Source of the DNA: Candidatus Acidiferrales bacterium
GTDB lineage: Bacteria > Acidobacteriota > Terriglobia > Terriglobales > Acidobacteriaceae
DNA length: 45,675 nucleotides
Direction: 5' to 3'
Assembly: GCA_035603655.1 (NCBI GenBank)
Contig: DATNKA010001157.1
Coordinates: forward strand, 1 to 45,675
In this document: positions 9,108-19,855 of the stretch, one piece after another
Layout of the letters: the number at the start of each line of letters is the position of its first letter
How positions within the stretch are numbered: position 1 is the first letter of the stretch
The notes under the pieces: generated by a model
Told to the model about the DNA's origin: nothing
What the model saw: only the letters and a program-made list of their open reading frames with translations
Databases searched by the model: none
Made by a program: the position numbers and the translations under genes

Positions 9108-9447
9108 TTTGCTTCCTTCTGCCCACCCATCCTTGGAATATGGCCCGGCACGGCGAGATGCTCCCGGGCGTGGATTTGAGCGGTGCGTCAGTCAGACGTG
9201 GTCAGACAACCTACATTCACGCGACTTGGAAAAACTCGCGATAGGGTTTTGCCTGTAGAAATAAAAAGGTAATACCGTATGCCTTGGCAGCGTCGGAGCG
9301 TTCTGCCCCCGCTCAAGCTGCTCGATACACTCTCCACCAAGTGATCCCGGGGGTGAGGGTTAGCTTGTAGGCGTCCTTCTCGGGAGAGATTCCGAAATAC
9401 CTTCGAGATCTGAAACTGCAGAAGTGACTGGAAGGAAAGGATCAATC

Positions 9448-9494
9448 TGGTGCGCCTGGAGAGATTCGAACTCCCGACCTATTGCTCCGGAGGC
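9448..9494 (-). repeat. Near-perfect partial copy of the 3-prime half of tRNA-Arg(CCG), candidate att site
   Basis: tggtgcgccTggagagattcgaactcccgacctattgctccggaggc matches 13736-13782 with 1 mismatch in 47 nt, and both are preceded by aatc. Identity stops inside the anticodon loop. Confidence 0.75.
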
Positions 9495-9897
9495 TGTCCA
9501 ATCGGCCTTGGTCAACGCGAAATCAAGCAGTTACAGTCGCTCTAGAGTGACCCTGTACGGCACTATTGGCGCTAAATGAGCACATTCTGCACACAGCCAA
9601 TGTAATGTAGGGATAGCCGTCGTTTTCGTCTCAGATTCGCAGCTTTGCCAACCTTGCCCAAAGTTTGGGATGAAAGCGCCAGCGCTCGTTGAGGGAGTTA
9701 CCGAGAAACACAATGTTCGCGTCTTTCGGGGGATGCTGAATCTGTAGCTCCGTCATATCTGGATCAAACGGTTCGAGATGGGTCGGAACTGAAGTAGGCG
9801 GGCGAAAATGTACAACCAGCACGAGGATCGGCGGTCACGATGCGAAGTCTTACGGAGCCAGAGTGCTGATTATGTGAATTGAAAGTTCCCGCCTCAT

Positions 9898-10281
9898 TTA
9901 GATCCGCCACCAGTCCGCCGGCGGATTTTCAATTCTCCAGAAGATGCCGGAAGGACTGTCGAACTCAAAGCCCAGCAACCAGGAGACGCCCTCAACCACC
10001 GAGATCGCGAGCACAACTTTCGCCTGCCTACTCTGACCATTGGAGATCACCTCCACCACAACCGGCGTTTCCTTCTCTAGCCGTTCGGGGAGGATAACGC
10101 CGCATCCATGTGCATTGACGACAGTAGTCTCGTATTTCCCTGAAAAGCTGTGCGCAGGATCGAGACTGGTAATCACAATCGGAATCTGGCGTGACAGGCG
10201 CGTACTACGCCTAACATCCTTCTTGCGCTCTAGTGCGCTGCCTTCGCTTGGACTCAACGGGTACCGGTCTCCGTATTTCAT
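9898..10281 (-). CDS. PilZ domain protein
   Basis: ORF 9898..10428, with an internal ATG at 10281 giving MKYGDRYPL.... It has the RRSTR (RxxxR) motif followed by QIPIVITS..., then VVNAHGCGVIL (a partial N-x-S-x-x-G with H in place of S). Confidence 0.55.
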   Translation of the reverse strand: MKYGDRYPLSPSEGSALERKKDVRRSTRLSRQIPIVITSLDPAHSFSGKYETTVVNAHGCGVILPERLEKETPVVVEVISNGQSRQAKVVLAISVVEGVSWLLGFEFDSPSGIFWRIENPPADWWRI

Positions 10282-10524
10282 CCTATGGGCTGTTGAAAAG
10301 ATGGCACGCTTCCAGGACGCAGATTTACGAAAACCGAACAAGAGGGTGCCCGATCCTTCTCTAGTTGGTGAGCCCACGCTCCCAGCGCGTTCGAAAAACA
10401 GGTGATTTAGAGACAGATCAAGTAGCACGTTGCGGGCGCGCAGAATCAGAAACTCGCCTGCCTCAGGAGTTTTGGAACAAGGAGCGCGAATGTTCTGATT
10501 GTGTAACTTAGGTTCACCAGAAGG

Positions 10525-10875
10525 ATGTTCGAGCCGATCCTAGTCTGGTTGACGGTAAACCAGATAAAGCGATTTGTTCGTCTATCGGAACAAAACATAG
10601 TTTTCGCGGGCGCTGTAGGCGAACTTCGCATTGGCGCGAAGACGCTTCCCGGCGCTGTTCTCGAAGATGGTACTCGCCTCCTGAACCAAGCTGGTTTCTT
10701 GAGAACAATAGGCCGCGCCCGTTCTCCGAAGGCTGGCAGTGGCGTCCTCAGTACCGTCGACAATCTACCCTTTGTCTTACAGCCCTTTATTTCTGACGAG
10801 ATGATGGAGTCGACAAAGCCCTCGCTGCACACGAAAAACCGTCTTCGTCTTGCCGATTTGGAAAGCAGCGGATAA
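10525..10875 (+). pseudogene. Truncated P63C-domain (phage/ICE-associated) gene fragment
   Basis: GELRIGAKTLPGAVLEDGTRLLNQAGFLRTIGRARSPKAGSG...DNLPFVLQPFISDEMMESTKP resembles the N-terminal half of P63C domain proteins. The ORF stops after 116 aa, just before the ADOP gene. Confidence 0.5.
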
Positions 10876-10948
10876 CGTTCTTTAATGTTAGCCGTCCAGG
10901 TGCTAGCGGCGAAGTCGCTCAAGGCAATCCAAGGATTAGGGAGGACGA

Positions 10949-13423
10949 ATGTACGCAGTCGCACAGGACGTCCGCTTCGCATTTCGCCAACTGCGGAAAG
11001 CGCCCGGCTTTACCCTAACGGTCGTCGTCACTCTGGCCCTCGGCATCGGCGCCACAACCGCCATTTTTTCGCTCGTCGAAGGCATCCTGTTGCGTCCCCT
11101 CCCATTCAGCGATCCGGAGCGCGTGGTTCTGTTGGGAGATCACATCGGAAATGGACCGAATACTCCTGTCACCGCTCGCGAAATCGGCACATACTCGCAC
11201 GCAACCAGCGCTTTCGTTTCGCTTGGCGGCTACATCGCCACCTCTTATGAGCTTTCCGGTGGCGCAACTCCGGAAGAAGTCAACGCCGCCCGGTTCGCCG
11301 CAGATGTCTTCCCAACCTTGGACGTTGCTCCGATCCTGGGCCGCGTCTTCACACAACAGGAAGAAGACGCGCATCAGCCGCTCGCCGTGATCAGTTACGC
11401 CCTGTGGATGAACCGCTACCACCGTGACCCCCACGTCCTCGAAAACTCGATCGTTCTTGATCGCAAGGTGTACACGATCATAGGTGTGATGCCGCGCAGC
11501 TTTGAGTTTCCCTTCGTGGATGGGCGCCTCGGTCAGGCGCAGCTTTGGGTGCCCATGAGCCTGACAGCCGACGAGCTTTCGGACCAGAACGCCGGCTTTT
11601 GGGGATACCAAATGGTCGGCCGCCTCAAGGATGGCGTGACCCTCTCGCAAGCGGTGCAGGATACAGACCGGGTCACAAGGCAGGTCATGCGCGATTTTCC
11701 CGCGGGCATGTCGGCGATCCATATTCACGGCGATGTCAGGTTGCTGCGTGAGTACGCCGTCGCTGACGTTCGACCATTGCTGCGCACTCTGTTCGTCGCC
11801 GTGTCAGTTGTCCTGCTGATAGCGTGCGTTAATGTCGCCGGCCTGCTGCTGGTCCGCGCCATCCGCCGGCGTCATGAGTATGCAGTTCGACTGTCTCTGG
11901 GCGCTCGCTCGAGCCTAATCATCCGTGAATCTATCTTTGAGGGCTTGTTGCTCAGCTTGGCTGGCGGAGTGCTGGGCCTCGCGTTTGCCGCGACTGCGAT
12001 TCGCACCGCCTTGTACCTTCTGCCTGAATCCATGCCGCGCATCGACTCTATCTCTATGGATGCAACTGTTGCCACCTTCGCGTTGCTCCTCGCTCTGGCA
12101 AGCGGAGCGCTCTGCAGCCTTGCGCCAGCTTTCGCGGCCTTGAAGACCAACCTCACGGAAAGCCTCAAAGAGGGCAGCCGGAGCGGCTCGGGCAGCTCGA
12201 GCCATGCCTGGCTGCGCTCAACCCTGATCGTGGCCGAGGTCGCTGTCGCTCTCGTCCTACTCACCATATCAGGAGCCTTCCTGCGCAGTTTCCAGAAGAT
12301 GCGCGCCGTCGATCCCGGCTTCCGACCGGACCACGTTCTTGTGGCCGGCTATCAATTGCCGCTCCAGCAATATTCCACGAATGCTTCTGCCATTTCCTTC
12401 AGCCATTCCGTCGTCGATCGCCTCTCGAACAAACCGGGAATCGCCGCCGTCGGCATAACCAATATCCTGCCCGCATCGGGTGCTATTTCGGGTGCTACCT
12501 ACACCCTTGAGGACCAGCCGGCAGAGGCTTGGAAGCTGAAATTCTCCATGTTCACGACTACCTACGGCGACTATTTCCGGGCCATGGATATCCCCCTGAT
12601 CGATGGCCGGTACTTCACTGTAGACGACCGCTCCGATTCGCCTCTGGTCGTGATCGTCAACCAATCCATGGCTAGACATTGCTGGCCCGATCAGCCCGCC
12701 ATCGGAAAGCATATCCACGTGGGCAACCCGCACAAAGGACTGCCATGGGCTACCGTAGTCGGCGTCGTCGCCGATACCAAGCGCGGCTCACGGGACGAGC
12801 CGAGCGATGACCAGTGGTATATCCCGGCGGAGCAGCCCGCCATTCTCTTCGGCGCGAATGCGTCGTCCAACCTCACCAACCCGGCCGCTGGATACATCAC
12901 TCTTCGTTCGTCCCTTCCTCCTGAACAGTTGACTCAAAGCCTGCGCGCGAGCATCGCCGAAATCGATCCGCTACTCGCCCTGGATCAGGTGCAGCCCATG
13001 GATGATGTGATCTCGAATGTGGAAGCGCCGCGCCGTTTCAACACCGACCTCATCACCGCATTTGCCTCGGGCGCTCTCTTGCTCGCTATAACTGGGATCT
13101 ATGCGGTGGTTGCGTTCTCGGTCTCGCTGCGCACCCAGGAGATTGCCATCCGCATGGCGCTCGGCGCCAAGCGCACCGGCATCGCCCGACTCGTGCTCAT
13201 TTCAGGCGCGAGACTGGCGCTGCTCGGATGCGGCCTCGGTGTGCTCGGTTCGCTAGCTGTGTCACGCCTGGTCAGCTCTTTCCTGTTCGAGGTCAGCGCA
13301 ACCGACCCCCTCGTCTATGTAATGGGGGTCCTGATCATGATTCTTATGGCGCTTCTCGCATCAGTGCTTCCCGCAACCCGTGCCGCATTCGCGGATCCAA
13401 TCGACGCTCTGCGCTCGATTTAA
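10949..13423 (+). CDS. ADOP family duplicated orphan permease (MacB-like periplasmic domain + FtsX, twice)
   Basis: MYAVAQDVRFAFRQLRKAPGFTLTVVVTLALGIGATTAIFSLVEGILLRPLPF is the canonical ADOP N-terminus. 824 aa with two FtsX-like TM clusters, GGAGG SD, and no adjacent ATPase. Confidence 0.9.
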   Translation: MYAVAQDVRFAFRQLRKAPGFTLTVVVTLALGIGATTAIFSLVEGILLRPLPFSDPERVVLLGDHIGNGPNTPVTAREIGTYSHATSAFVSLGGYIATSYELSGGATPEEVNAARFAADVFPTLDVAPILGRVFTQQEEDAHQPLAVISYALWMNRYHRDPHVLENSIVLDRKVYTIIGVMPRSFEFPFVDGRLGQAQLWVPMSLTADELSDQNAGFWGYQMVGRLKDGVTLSQAVQDTDRVTRQVMRDFPAGMSAIHIHGDVRLLREYAVADVRPLLRTLFVAVSVVLLIACVNVAGLLLVRAIRRRHEYAVRLSLGARSSLIIRESIFEGLLLSLAGGVLGLAFAATAIRTALYLLPESMPRIDSISMDATVATFALLLALASGALCSLAPAFAALKTNLTESLKEGSRSGSGSSSHAWLRSTLIVAEVAVALVLLTISGAFLRSFQKMRAVDPGFRPDHVLVAGYQLPLQQYSTNASAISFSHSVVDRLSNKPGIAAVGITNILPASGAISGATYTLEDQPAEAWKLKFSMFTTTYGDYFRAMDIPLIDGRYFTVDDRSDSPLVVIVNQSMARHCWPDQPAIGKHIHVGNPHKGLPWATVVGVVADTKRGSRDEPSDDQWYIPAEQPAILFGANASSNLTNPAAGYITLRSSLPPEQLTQSLRASIAEIDPLLALDQVQPMDDVISNVEAPRRFNTDLITAFASGALLLAITGIYAVVAFSVSLRTQEIAIRMALGAKRTGIARLVLISGARLALLGCGLGVLGSLAVSRLVSSFLFEVSATDPLVYVMGVLIMILMALLASVLPATRAAFADPIDALRSI

Positions 13424-13735
13424 GAGACTCATCAAGCGGCAGGAAACGGGGCCATTCGGTTGACTGCCCGTGAGGCCAACCGGTCGTTCGCATTGCCTTG
13501 AAAGACGTTCAAAAACAGCTACGACACGCCAGGCCGGACACTACGCTGGAGAATTACGTGAAGGACATTCCCGCGTCAGTCTAAGACATCGGCGGTAACG
13601 GTGGGCGAAATCATCTCGTACATGCTATCAGTCATGGCATAGCTCAGCTTCCGGTCGCGGGGGCGAAGCAGTGAGGCCAATTGATCACGTTCTGAACACC
13701 GGAGGAATAAAGGCTAGCCGTAAGTCGTTGAAATC

Positions 13736-13812
13736 TGGTGCGCCCGGAGAGATTCGAACTCCCGACCTATTGCTCCGGAGGCAATCGCTCTATCCATCTG
13801 AGCTACGGGCGC
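13736..13812 (-). tRNA. tRNA-Arg (anticodon CCG), CCA encoded
   Basis: The reverse complement GCGCCCGTAGCTCAGATGGATAGAGCGATTGCCTCCGGAGCAATAGGTCGGGAGTTCGAATCTCTCCGGGCGCACCA folds as a cloverleaf. Acceptor GCGCCCG/CGGGCGC, anticodon stem ATTGC/GCAAT with loop CTCCGGA, T-loop GGTTCGAATCC-like. Confidence 0.93.
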
Positions 13813-13996
13813 ATGGTTATTAGCTTCAGTTTACATGCGCAATGCGGAAGCATCAACGTGGACCATCACGCCTCGGCGTGCTGCGTCAGTCAGCCACGCT
13901 ACCACCTGGGAAAGTTCTGCGGAGGCCGACCTGGCCGCCCAGACGAACGGCAAACGCAATTGGTGAGTCATCGGACGCGGCAACCGAGTGCACTTT

Positions 13997-14347
13997 TTAC
14001 CAGCGACCTCGCCCGCCTCCACCTCCGCCGCGGCCACCACGGTCACCGCCGCGATCGCCGCCTCGTCCTCCACGGTCGCGCCCGCCGCCTCCGGCGTGCT
14101 CGGTTTTCGGGCGGGCCTCGTTTACATTGAGGGTGCGTCCGCCCACCTGCGATCCGTTCAATGCGGTAATGGCCTTTTCTCCGTCTTCGTTGCTGGCCAT
14201 TTCCACAAAGCCGAAGCCGCGTGATCGTCCGGTATCGCGGTCGGTCATAATGCTAACCCGATCCACTTGACCGAATGGTTCAAACATCTGACGCAGTTCG
14301 TCTTCTGATGTGTTAAAGCTCAAATTTCCTACGAAGATATTCTTCAA
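13997..14347 (-). CDS. RRM-type RNA-binding protein with RGG-rich C-terminal tail
   Basis: RNP2 IFVGNL and RNP1 RGFGFVEM, tail GGGGRDRGGRGGDRGGDRGGRGGGGGGRGRW. The in-frame TTG at 14347 gives MKNIFVGNLSF; the upstream part of the 178-aa ORF looks non-coding. Confidence 0.85.
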   Translation of the reverse strand: MKNIFVGNLSFNTSEDELRQMFEPFGQVDRVSIMTDRDTGRSRGFGFVEMASNEDGEKAITALNGSQVGGRTLNVNEARPKTEHAGGGGRDRGGRGGDRGGDRGGRGGGGGGRGRW

Positions 14348-14526
14348 GCGTGGTCCTCTGCATTGAGCTGTCGAAGTGCGAGCTCGATGCGGCGGACTGG
14401 CAGGTCGGGGACGCCTTCCTGAAAATCGGGACCGGAGCTGGCGAACAGTCGAATGCGGCCAGAAGTATAGCAGGTTTGTCAAGGCCGACATGTTAAATAG
14501 CGCTGGAAGCTGAGACGCTGGCCTCG

Positions 14527-14763
14527 CTAGCACTTATCCACTTGCCAGAAACCTTCGCGCTGATATCCAACTTGCAACAATCGATTCTTTGGATCATGCC
14601 GCTTGTCGCAGAATGGACAGATTAGATAACGGCTCCAGGCAGTTCCTCGGCGATCGTAATCCTGAGGAACCGCGAATGTAGTTCCGCAACTGCACGGGAC
14701 CAGAAACATCTTCAACGAGGTACTGGCCAGTTCATTGCCGCGATTTGATTGAGGGTGCTTCAT
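14527..14763 (-). CDS. Small zinc-ribbon protein, uncharacterised
   Basis: [60 protein letters not shown] has CxC...CxxC. Its ATG overlaps the stop of the upstream gene (ATGA at 14760-14763). Confidence 0.5.
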   Translation of the reverse strand: MKHPQSNRGNELASTSLKMFLVPCSCGTTFAVPQDYDRRGTAWSRYLICPFCDKRHDPKNRLLQVGYQREGFWQVDKC

Positions 14764-15058
14764 TCTTGCGGTTGAGATAGTCGCGCAGGGACAACTGCCG
14801 GATGGATCAAGAACCCGTACAGCAATGGGTTGACTAAGAAGGCTACAACAAAAACCAAAAACCGGAAGTCGGAAAGAAGAAAATAGCGTTGCAGCCATGC
14901 GCCCAACGGGCCGACAAACCAGTAGAACAGGAGATGCTCTCCGCGATACGGACGGCTCTTGCCAGCCAGGATCATCAGAGTGAAGAGAAGAAGTTCGGCC
15001 AAAAAGAAAAAACCGAAGCAGTACTTCAGCCGTATAAAACGCTCCCGCGCTTCGGGCA

Positions 15059-15062
<4 letters not shown>
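14760..15062 (-). CDS. Small integral membrane protein, uncharacterised
   Basis: 100 aa with three hydrophobic stretches ([51 protein letters not shown]). Its ATG overlaps the typA stop (ATGA at 15059-15062). Confidence 0.55.
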
Positions 15063-16885
<1,823 letters not shown>

Positions 16886-17079
16886 AGTAGGGTATGTCCT
16901 TTATTTGACAGATGGTCGATGAGCGCTCCCTGCTCCTCGGCAGGTGAGCGCCCCATCTATAACTCTACTATGGGTGGAGCTTTCTCAGGAGATTACATCG
17001 CACTTACATGCTGGGGGACTGGCAAACAACTCAGCCGCCGAGGGAATGGATGGGTGTCTGCGATTCGCGTTCGTCCTGC

Positions 17080-17925
17080 CTAATCTTCGACAGCTTCCAC
17101 GATTTCAACCGCAACCTCTGCTCCGCCTTCGCCCCGCATGCGGAGGCGGTACCAGAGCACAATCGCGACTAGTGAAAACAAGAAGATGATCGTGGATACC
17201 GCATTGATCTCCGGTGTGATGCCACGCCGCAGCCGTCCCCAGATTTCCAGCGGCAAAGTATTGTCGCGCCCAATAAGAAAAAAGCTGACTGCGATCTCAT
17301 CCATCGAAAGCGTAAAAATCAGCAGCGCCGCTCCGATGATCGGCAGCTTCAAGTTGGGCACGGTGATGCGCCAGAAGGTTTGCCAGTAATTCGCGCCGAG
17401 ATCGAGCGAAGCCTCTTCCTGCGCCCGATCGAGCTTTTGCAGGCCGGCGAATACTTCGGTGGTTGCAACGGAGATCAGCGCGGTTCCGTGTCCTAAAATA
17501 ATTGTCAGCAAGCTGAGCTTGGTTCCGGTCACGTTAAATAACATCAGCAGCGACAGTCCCGTGATAATTCCCGGCAGGATCAAAGGCAGCAAAACTAATC
17601 GCCGGAACAGCGCTTTCCCAGGAAAGTTCGCCCGCTCCAGAGCTAGCGCCGCGGGCACTCCGAAGATCAACGAGATTGCCATGGCGGCAAACGCCACCTG
17701 CAAGCTGTTAAGCACCGAATCCCAGATCGGCCCATCCGCAAAGAGCGTGCGATACCAGTCGAGCGTCAAGTGGCGCGGCGGAAATCCGCCCACGCCCTCG
17801 CCATTGAAGGAATAAAGAATAAGGATTGCTATCGGCAGATAGAGGAACGCGAATACGGCATAGGCATGGAAGAGCAGCCAACCTGAGCCGGGCACGAATC
17901 TCCTATCGCTCACGAGAAACTCCAT
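17080..17925 (-). CDS. ABC transporter permease, PotC-like (spermidine/putrescine type)
   Basis: Six TM segments and an EAA-like loop DRAQEEASLDLGANYWQTFWRITVPNLK. Overlaps the upstream permease by 16 nt. Confidence 0.8.
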   Translation of the reverse strand: MEFLVSDRRFVPGSGWLLFHAYAVFAFLYLPIAILILYSFNGEGVGGFPPRHLTLDWYRTLFADGPIWDSVLNSLQVAFAAMAISLIFGVPAALALERANFPGKALFRRLVLLPLILPGIITGLSLLMLFNVTGTKLSLLTIILGHGTALISVATTEVFAGLQKLDRAQEEASLDLGANYWQTFWRITVPNLKLPIIGAALLIFTLSMDEIAVSFFLIGRDNTLPLEIWGRLRRGITPEINAVSTIIFLFSLVAIVLWYRLRMRGEGGAEVAVEIVEAVED

Positions 17926-18758
17926 TTCTTTTCCAGACGCTCAGAGAAAAATAACAGGCTGACCACCAGCAGCAGCATGCATAGCGAAATCGCCGCCCCC
18001 AGGGGCCAGTTGTAAGCCGCCCCAAATAAGCTGACTACAATATTCGAAATCATGATGCCACTCGGCCCACCGAGCAGCAGAGGCGCAAGAAAATCACCCA
18101 GGCTCAGCACAAAGGCAAACGTCGCCCCCGCCACCACGCCCGGAATCGACAGCGGAAGGATCACTCGCCAGAAGGTTTGTCCAGGAGTGGCACCCAGGTC
18201 GTGCGAAGCTTCCACCAGATTTCGCGGAATGTGCTCCAGGGCCGCGTAAATCGGTAGAAACGCAAACGGAGTGTAGATGTGCGTTAGCGTCAACACCACA
18301 GCGAACGGGCTGTAGAGCAGAAACTCCAGCGGATGCTTCGTCAGGTGCGCATACTGCAGTAGAGTATTGAGCACCCCATCCGAGCCGAGAATTGTCTTCC
18401 ACGCATAGGCGCGCACCAGGTAGCTGACCCATAGTGGAATGATCACCAATTGATAGAGCAGTTCCTTTTTCCCGCCCGCGTAAAATGAAAGAAAATACGC
18501 CAGAGGGTAGCCGAGTAACAGAGAGAAGATGGTCACGCGTGCCGCAATCCACATCGACCGCAGCAGCGTATGCCAGTAAACGTCTATTCGCAGCAACTGA
18601 AAGTAGTTGTCGAGATTCCACGAATGCACGATAGTCTGCGACGCAGATACCGACCAGAAGCTGTAGCCGAACATCAGTAAATACGGTACCAGCAGAAACA
18701 CGGTGACCCAGACTGATGGAGGCAATGCCACCGCCGTCTTGTAAGCACGGGAAAACAT
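17910..18758 (-). CDS. ABC transporter permease, PotB-like
   Basis: EAA loop LVEASHDLGATPGQTFWRVILPLSIPG. Start overlaps the ATPase stop (TGATG). Confidence 0.8.
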   Translation of the reverse strand: MFSRAYKTAVALPPSVWVTVFLLVPYLLMFGYSFWSVSASQTIVHSWNLDNYFQLLRIDVYWHTLLRSMWIAARVTIFSLLLGYPLAYFLSFYAGGKKELLYQLVIIPLWVSYLVRAYAWKTILGSDGVLNTLLQYAHLTKHPLEFLLYSPFAVVLTLTHIYTPFAFLPIYAALEHIPRNLVEASHDLGATPGQTFWRVILPLSIPGVVAGATFAFVLSLGDFLAPLLLGGPSGIMISNIVVSLFGAAYNWPLGAAISLCMLLLVVSLLFFSERLEKKWSFS

Positions 18759-19855
18759 CAGATTCTCTCCGCAGACTCGCGCACTAGAACGGCATCCGTG
18801 GGAAAGAACTCCAGGTCAACGTTGTCCATCACTGCGCTGGTCGCCGGTGTCCGCACCACCAGCATCAGCCCATTACCGCACTCCACGCGAATCAACTCTG
18901 TCGCCCCATGAAATGCCTGCTGGCGCACCTTTCCGCGAATGCGCACGTTGCCAGCCTCGGGCATATTCTTCGAGGCCAGACGAATAGCCTCAGGTCGCAA
19001 CGAGAACTGAGCCGAACCATCCGGGAGCGCCGCACTCCAGGTTAAGGGACCGCAGATCACTACTCCGCTACGCACTTCGCCCGTCAGCAAATTCGTATGC
19101 CCGATAAACTGCGCCACATAGGCGGTCGCAGGCCGTCCATAAATCTCCCGGGGCGTTGCCACCTGCTCCAGTTCACCCGAGCGCAGCAACGCGATCCGAT
19201 CCGACATGACCATTGCTTCTTCCTGATCGTGCGTAACGAAGATGAACGAAATGCCCACCTCGCGCTGAAGGGATTTCAGTTCCACCTGCATCTGTCGCCG
19301 CAAGTTCGCGTCCAGCGCCGAGAGTGGCTCATCCAGCAACAACAGCCGCGGACGCTTCACCAAAGCCCGTGCCAATGCAACCCGCTGTTGCTGCCCGCCG
19401 CTGATTTTCGAGGGCTTCGATTCCGCGTGCGCCGACATCTTTACTTTCTCCAGGGCTTCCGAAACCCGGGATGTGATTTCCGCTTCCGGGCGCTTCGCCA
19501 CGCGCAGTCCGTAAGCTACGTTTTGCTCTACAGTGAGGTGCGGAAACAGCGCGTAGGACTGGAACACAGTGTTCACGCGACGCCGGTAGGGTGGTTGGCG
19601 ATCCAAGCGCTCATCGCCCATCCACACCTCTCCCGCGCTCGCCGTCTCAAAGCCTGCAATGATTCGCAACAACGTCGTCTTGCCCGAACCGCTCTCACCC
19701 AGAATTGTGAGGAATTCTCCCTCGGCCACGTCTAAAGAAATATCCCGCAACACAATGTTTTTGCCGAAACTCTTGGCAACCTTCTGAATTCTGAGCAGCG
19801 GCGCTCGACCGACATTATCGGCAGCGGGCGCATTCGCAATCTCAGAAGAGGTCAT
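18758..19855 (-). CDS. ABC transporter ATP-binding protein, PotA-like
   Basis: Walker A GESGSGKTT, TVFQSYALFPHLTVEQNVAYGL, signature SGGQQQRVALARAL, Walker B LLLLDEP and a C-terminal TOBE-like region. ORF track start is a GTG at 19873; the ATG at 19855 has a GAGGA SD. Confidence 0.85.
   Translation of the reverse strand: MTSSEIANAPAADNVGRAPLLRIQKVAKSFGKNIVLRDISLDVAEGEFLTILGESGSGKTTLLRIIAGFETASAGEVWMGDERLDRQPPYRRRVNTVFQSYALFPHLTVEQNVAYGLRVAKRPEAEITSRVSEALEKVKMSAHAESKPSKISGGQQQRVALARALVKRPRLLLLDEPLSALDANLRRQMQVELKSLQREVGISFIFVTHDQEEAMVMSDRIALLRSGELEQVATPREIYGRPATAYVAQFIGHTNLLTGEVRSGVVICGPLTWSAALPDGSAQFSLRPEAIRLASKNMPEAGNVRIRGKVRQQAFHGATELIRVECGNGLMLVVRTPATSAVMDNVDLEFFPTDAVLVRESAERI

Larger units (their letters stand above)
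7409..9447. mobile_element. Putative older, decayed integrative-island segment bounded by partial tRNA-Arg copies
   Basis: Bounded by direct repeats 7364-7408 and 9448-9494 in the same orientation as the intact tRNA. It carries only two genes and no integrase. Confidence 0.3.
9495..13735. mobile_element. Putative decayed integrative island at the tRNA-Arg 3-prime end (PilZ gene, truncated P63C gene, ADOP permease)
   Basis: Lies between the intact tRNA 3-prime end (13736) and its displaced 47-nt copy (9448-9494). It contains a phage-type P63C gene fragment. The left ~1.5 kb looks less GC-rich by eye. No integrase remains. Confidence 0.4.

Noticed and set aside
8178-9179. 333-aa plus-strand ORF
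   Set aside because: It is the antisense shadow of the YXWGXW repeat gene, which has a signal peptide, SD and family repeats. The shadow frame has none.
9631-9822. 63-aa minus-strand ORF in the lower-GC stretch after the att-like repeat (HLEPFDPDMTELQIQHPPKDANIVFLGNSLNERWRFHPKLW)
   Set aside because: It could be a gene fragment of the decayed element, but I recognise no family. It has no SD and is short, so it is not reportable as a feature.
10446-10982. 178-aa minus-strand ORF
   Set aside because: It is Arg/Ser/Pro-rich with no motifs. It overlaps the P63C-like fragment on the opposite strand and the ADOP start, so it is most likely a non-coding frame.
11015-11728. 237-aa minus-strand ORF
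   Set aside because: Antisense shadow inside the ADOP permease gene.
13842-14270. 142-aa plus-strand Pro/Arg-rich ORF
   Set aside because: It is the antisense reading of the RGG-tail codons of the RRM protein gene (PPPPRPPRSPPRSPPRPPRS), an artefact of the repeat.
14464-14481. TTGACA and TATACT hexamers on the minus strand upstream of the RRM gene, considered as a canonical sigma-70 promoter
   Set aside because: The two hexamers are only 6 nt apart (complements of 14476-14481 and 14464-14469), far from the 16-18 nt optimum. Only the extended -10-like reading survives, and only as a weak hypothesis.
19097-19735. 212-aa plus-strand ORF
   Set aside because: Antisense shadow of the PotA-like ATPase gene.
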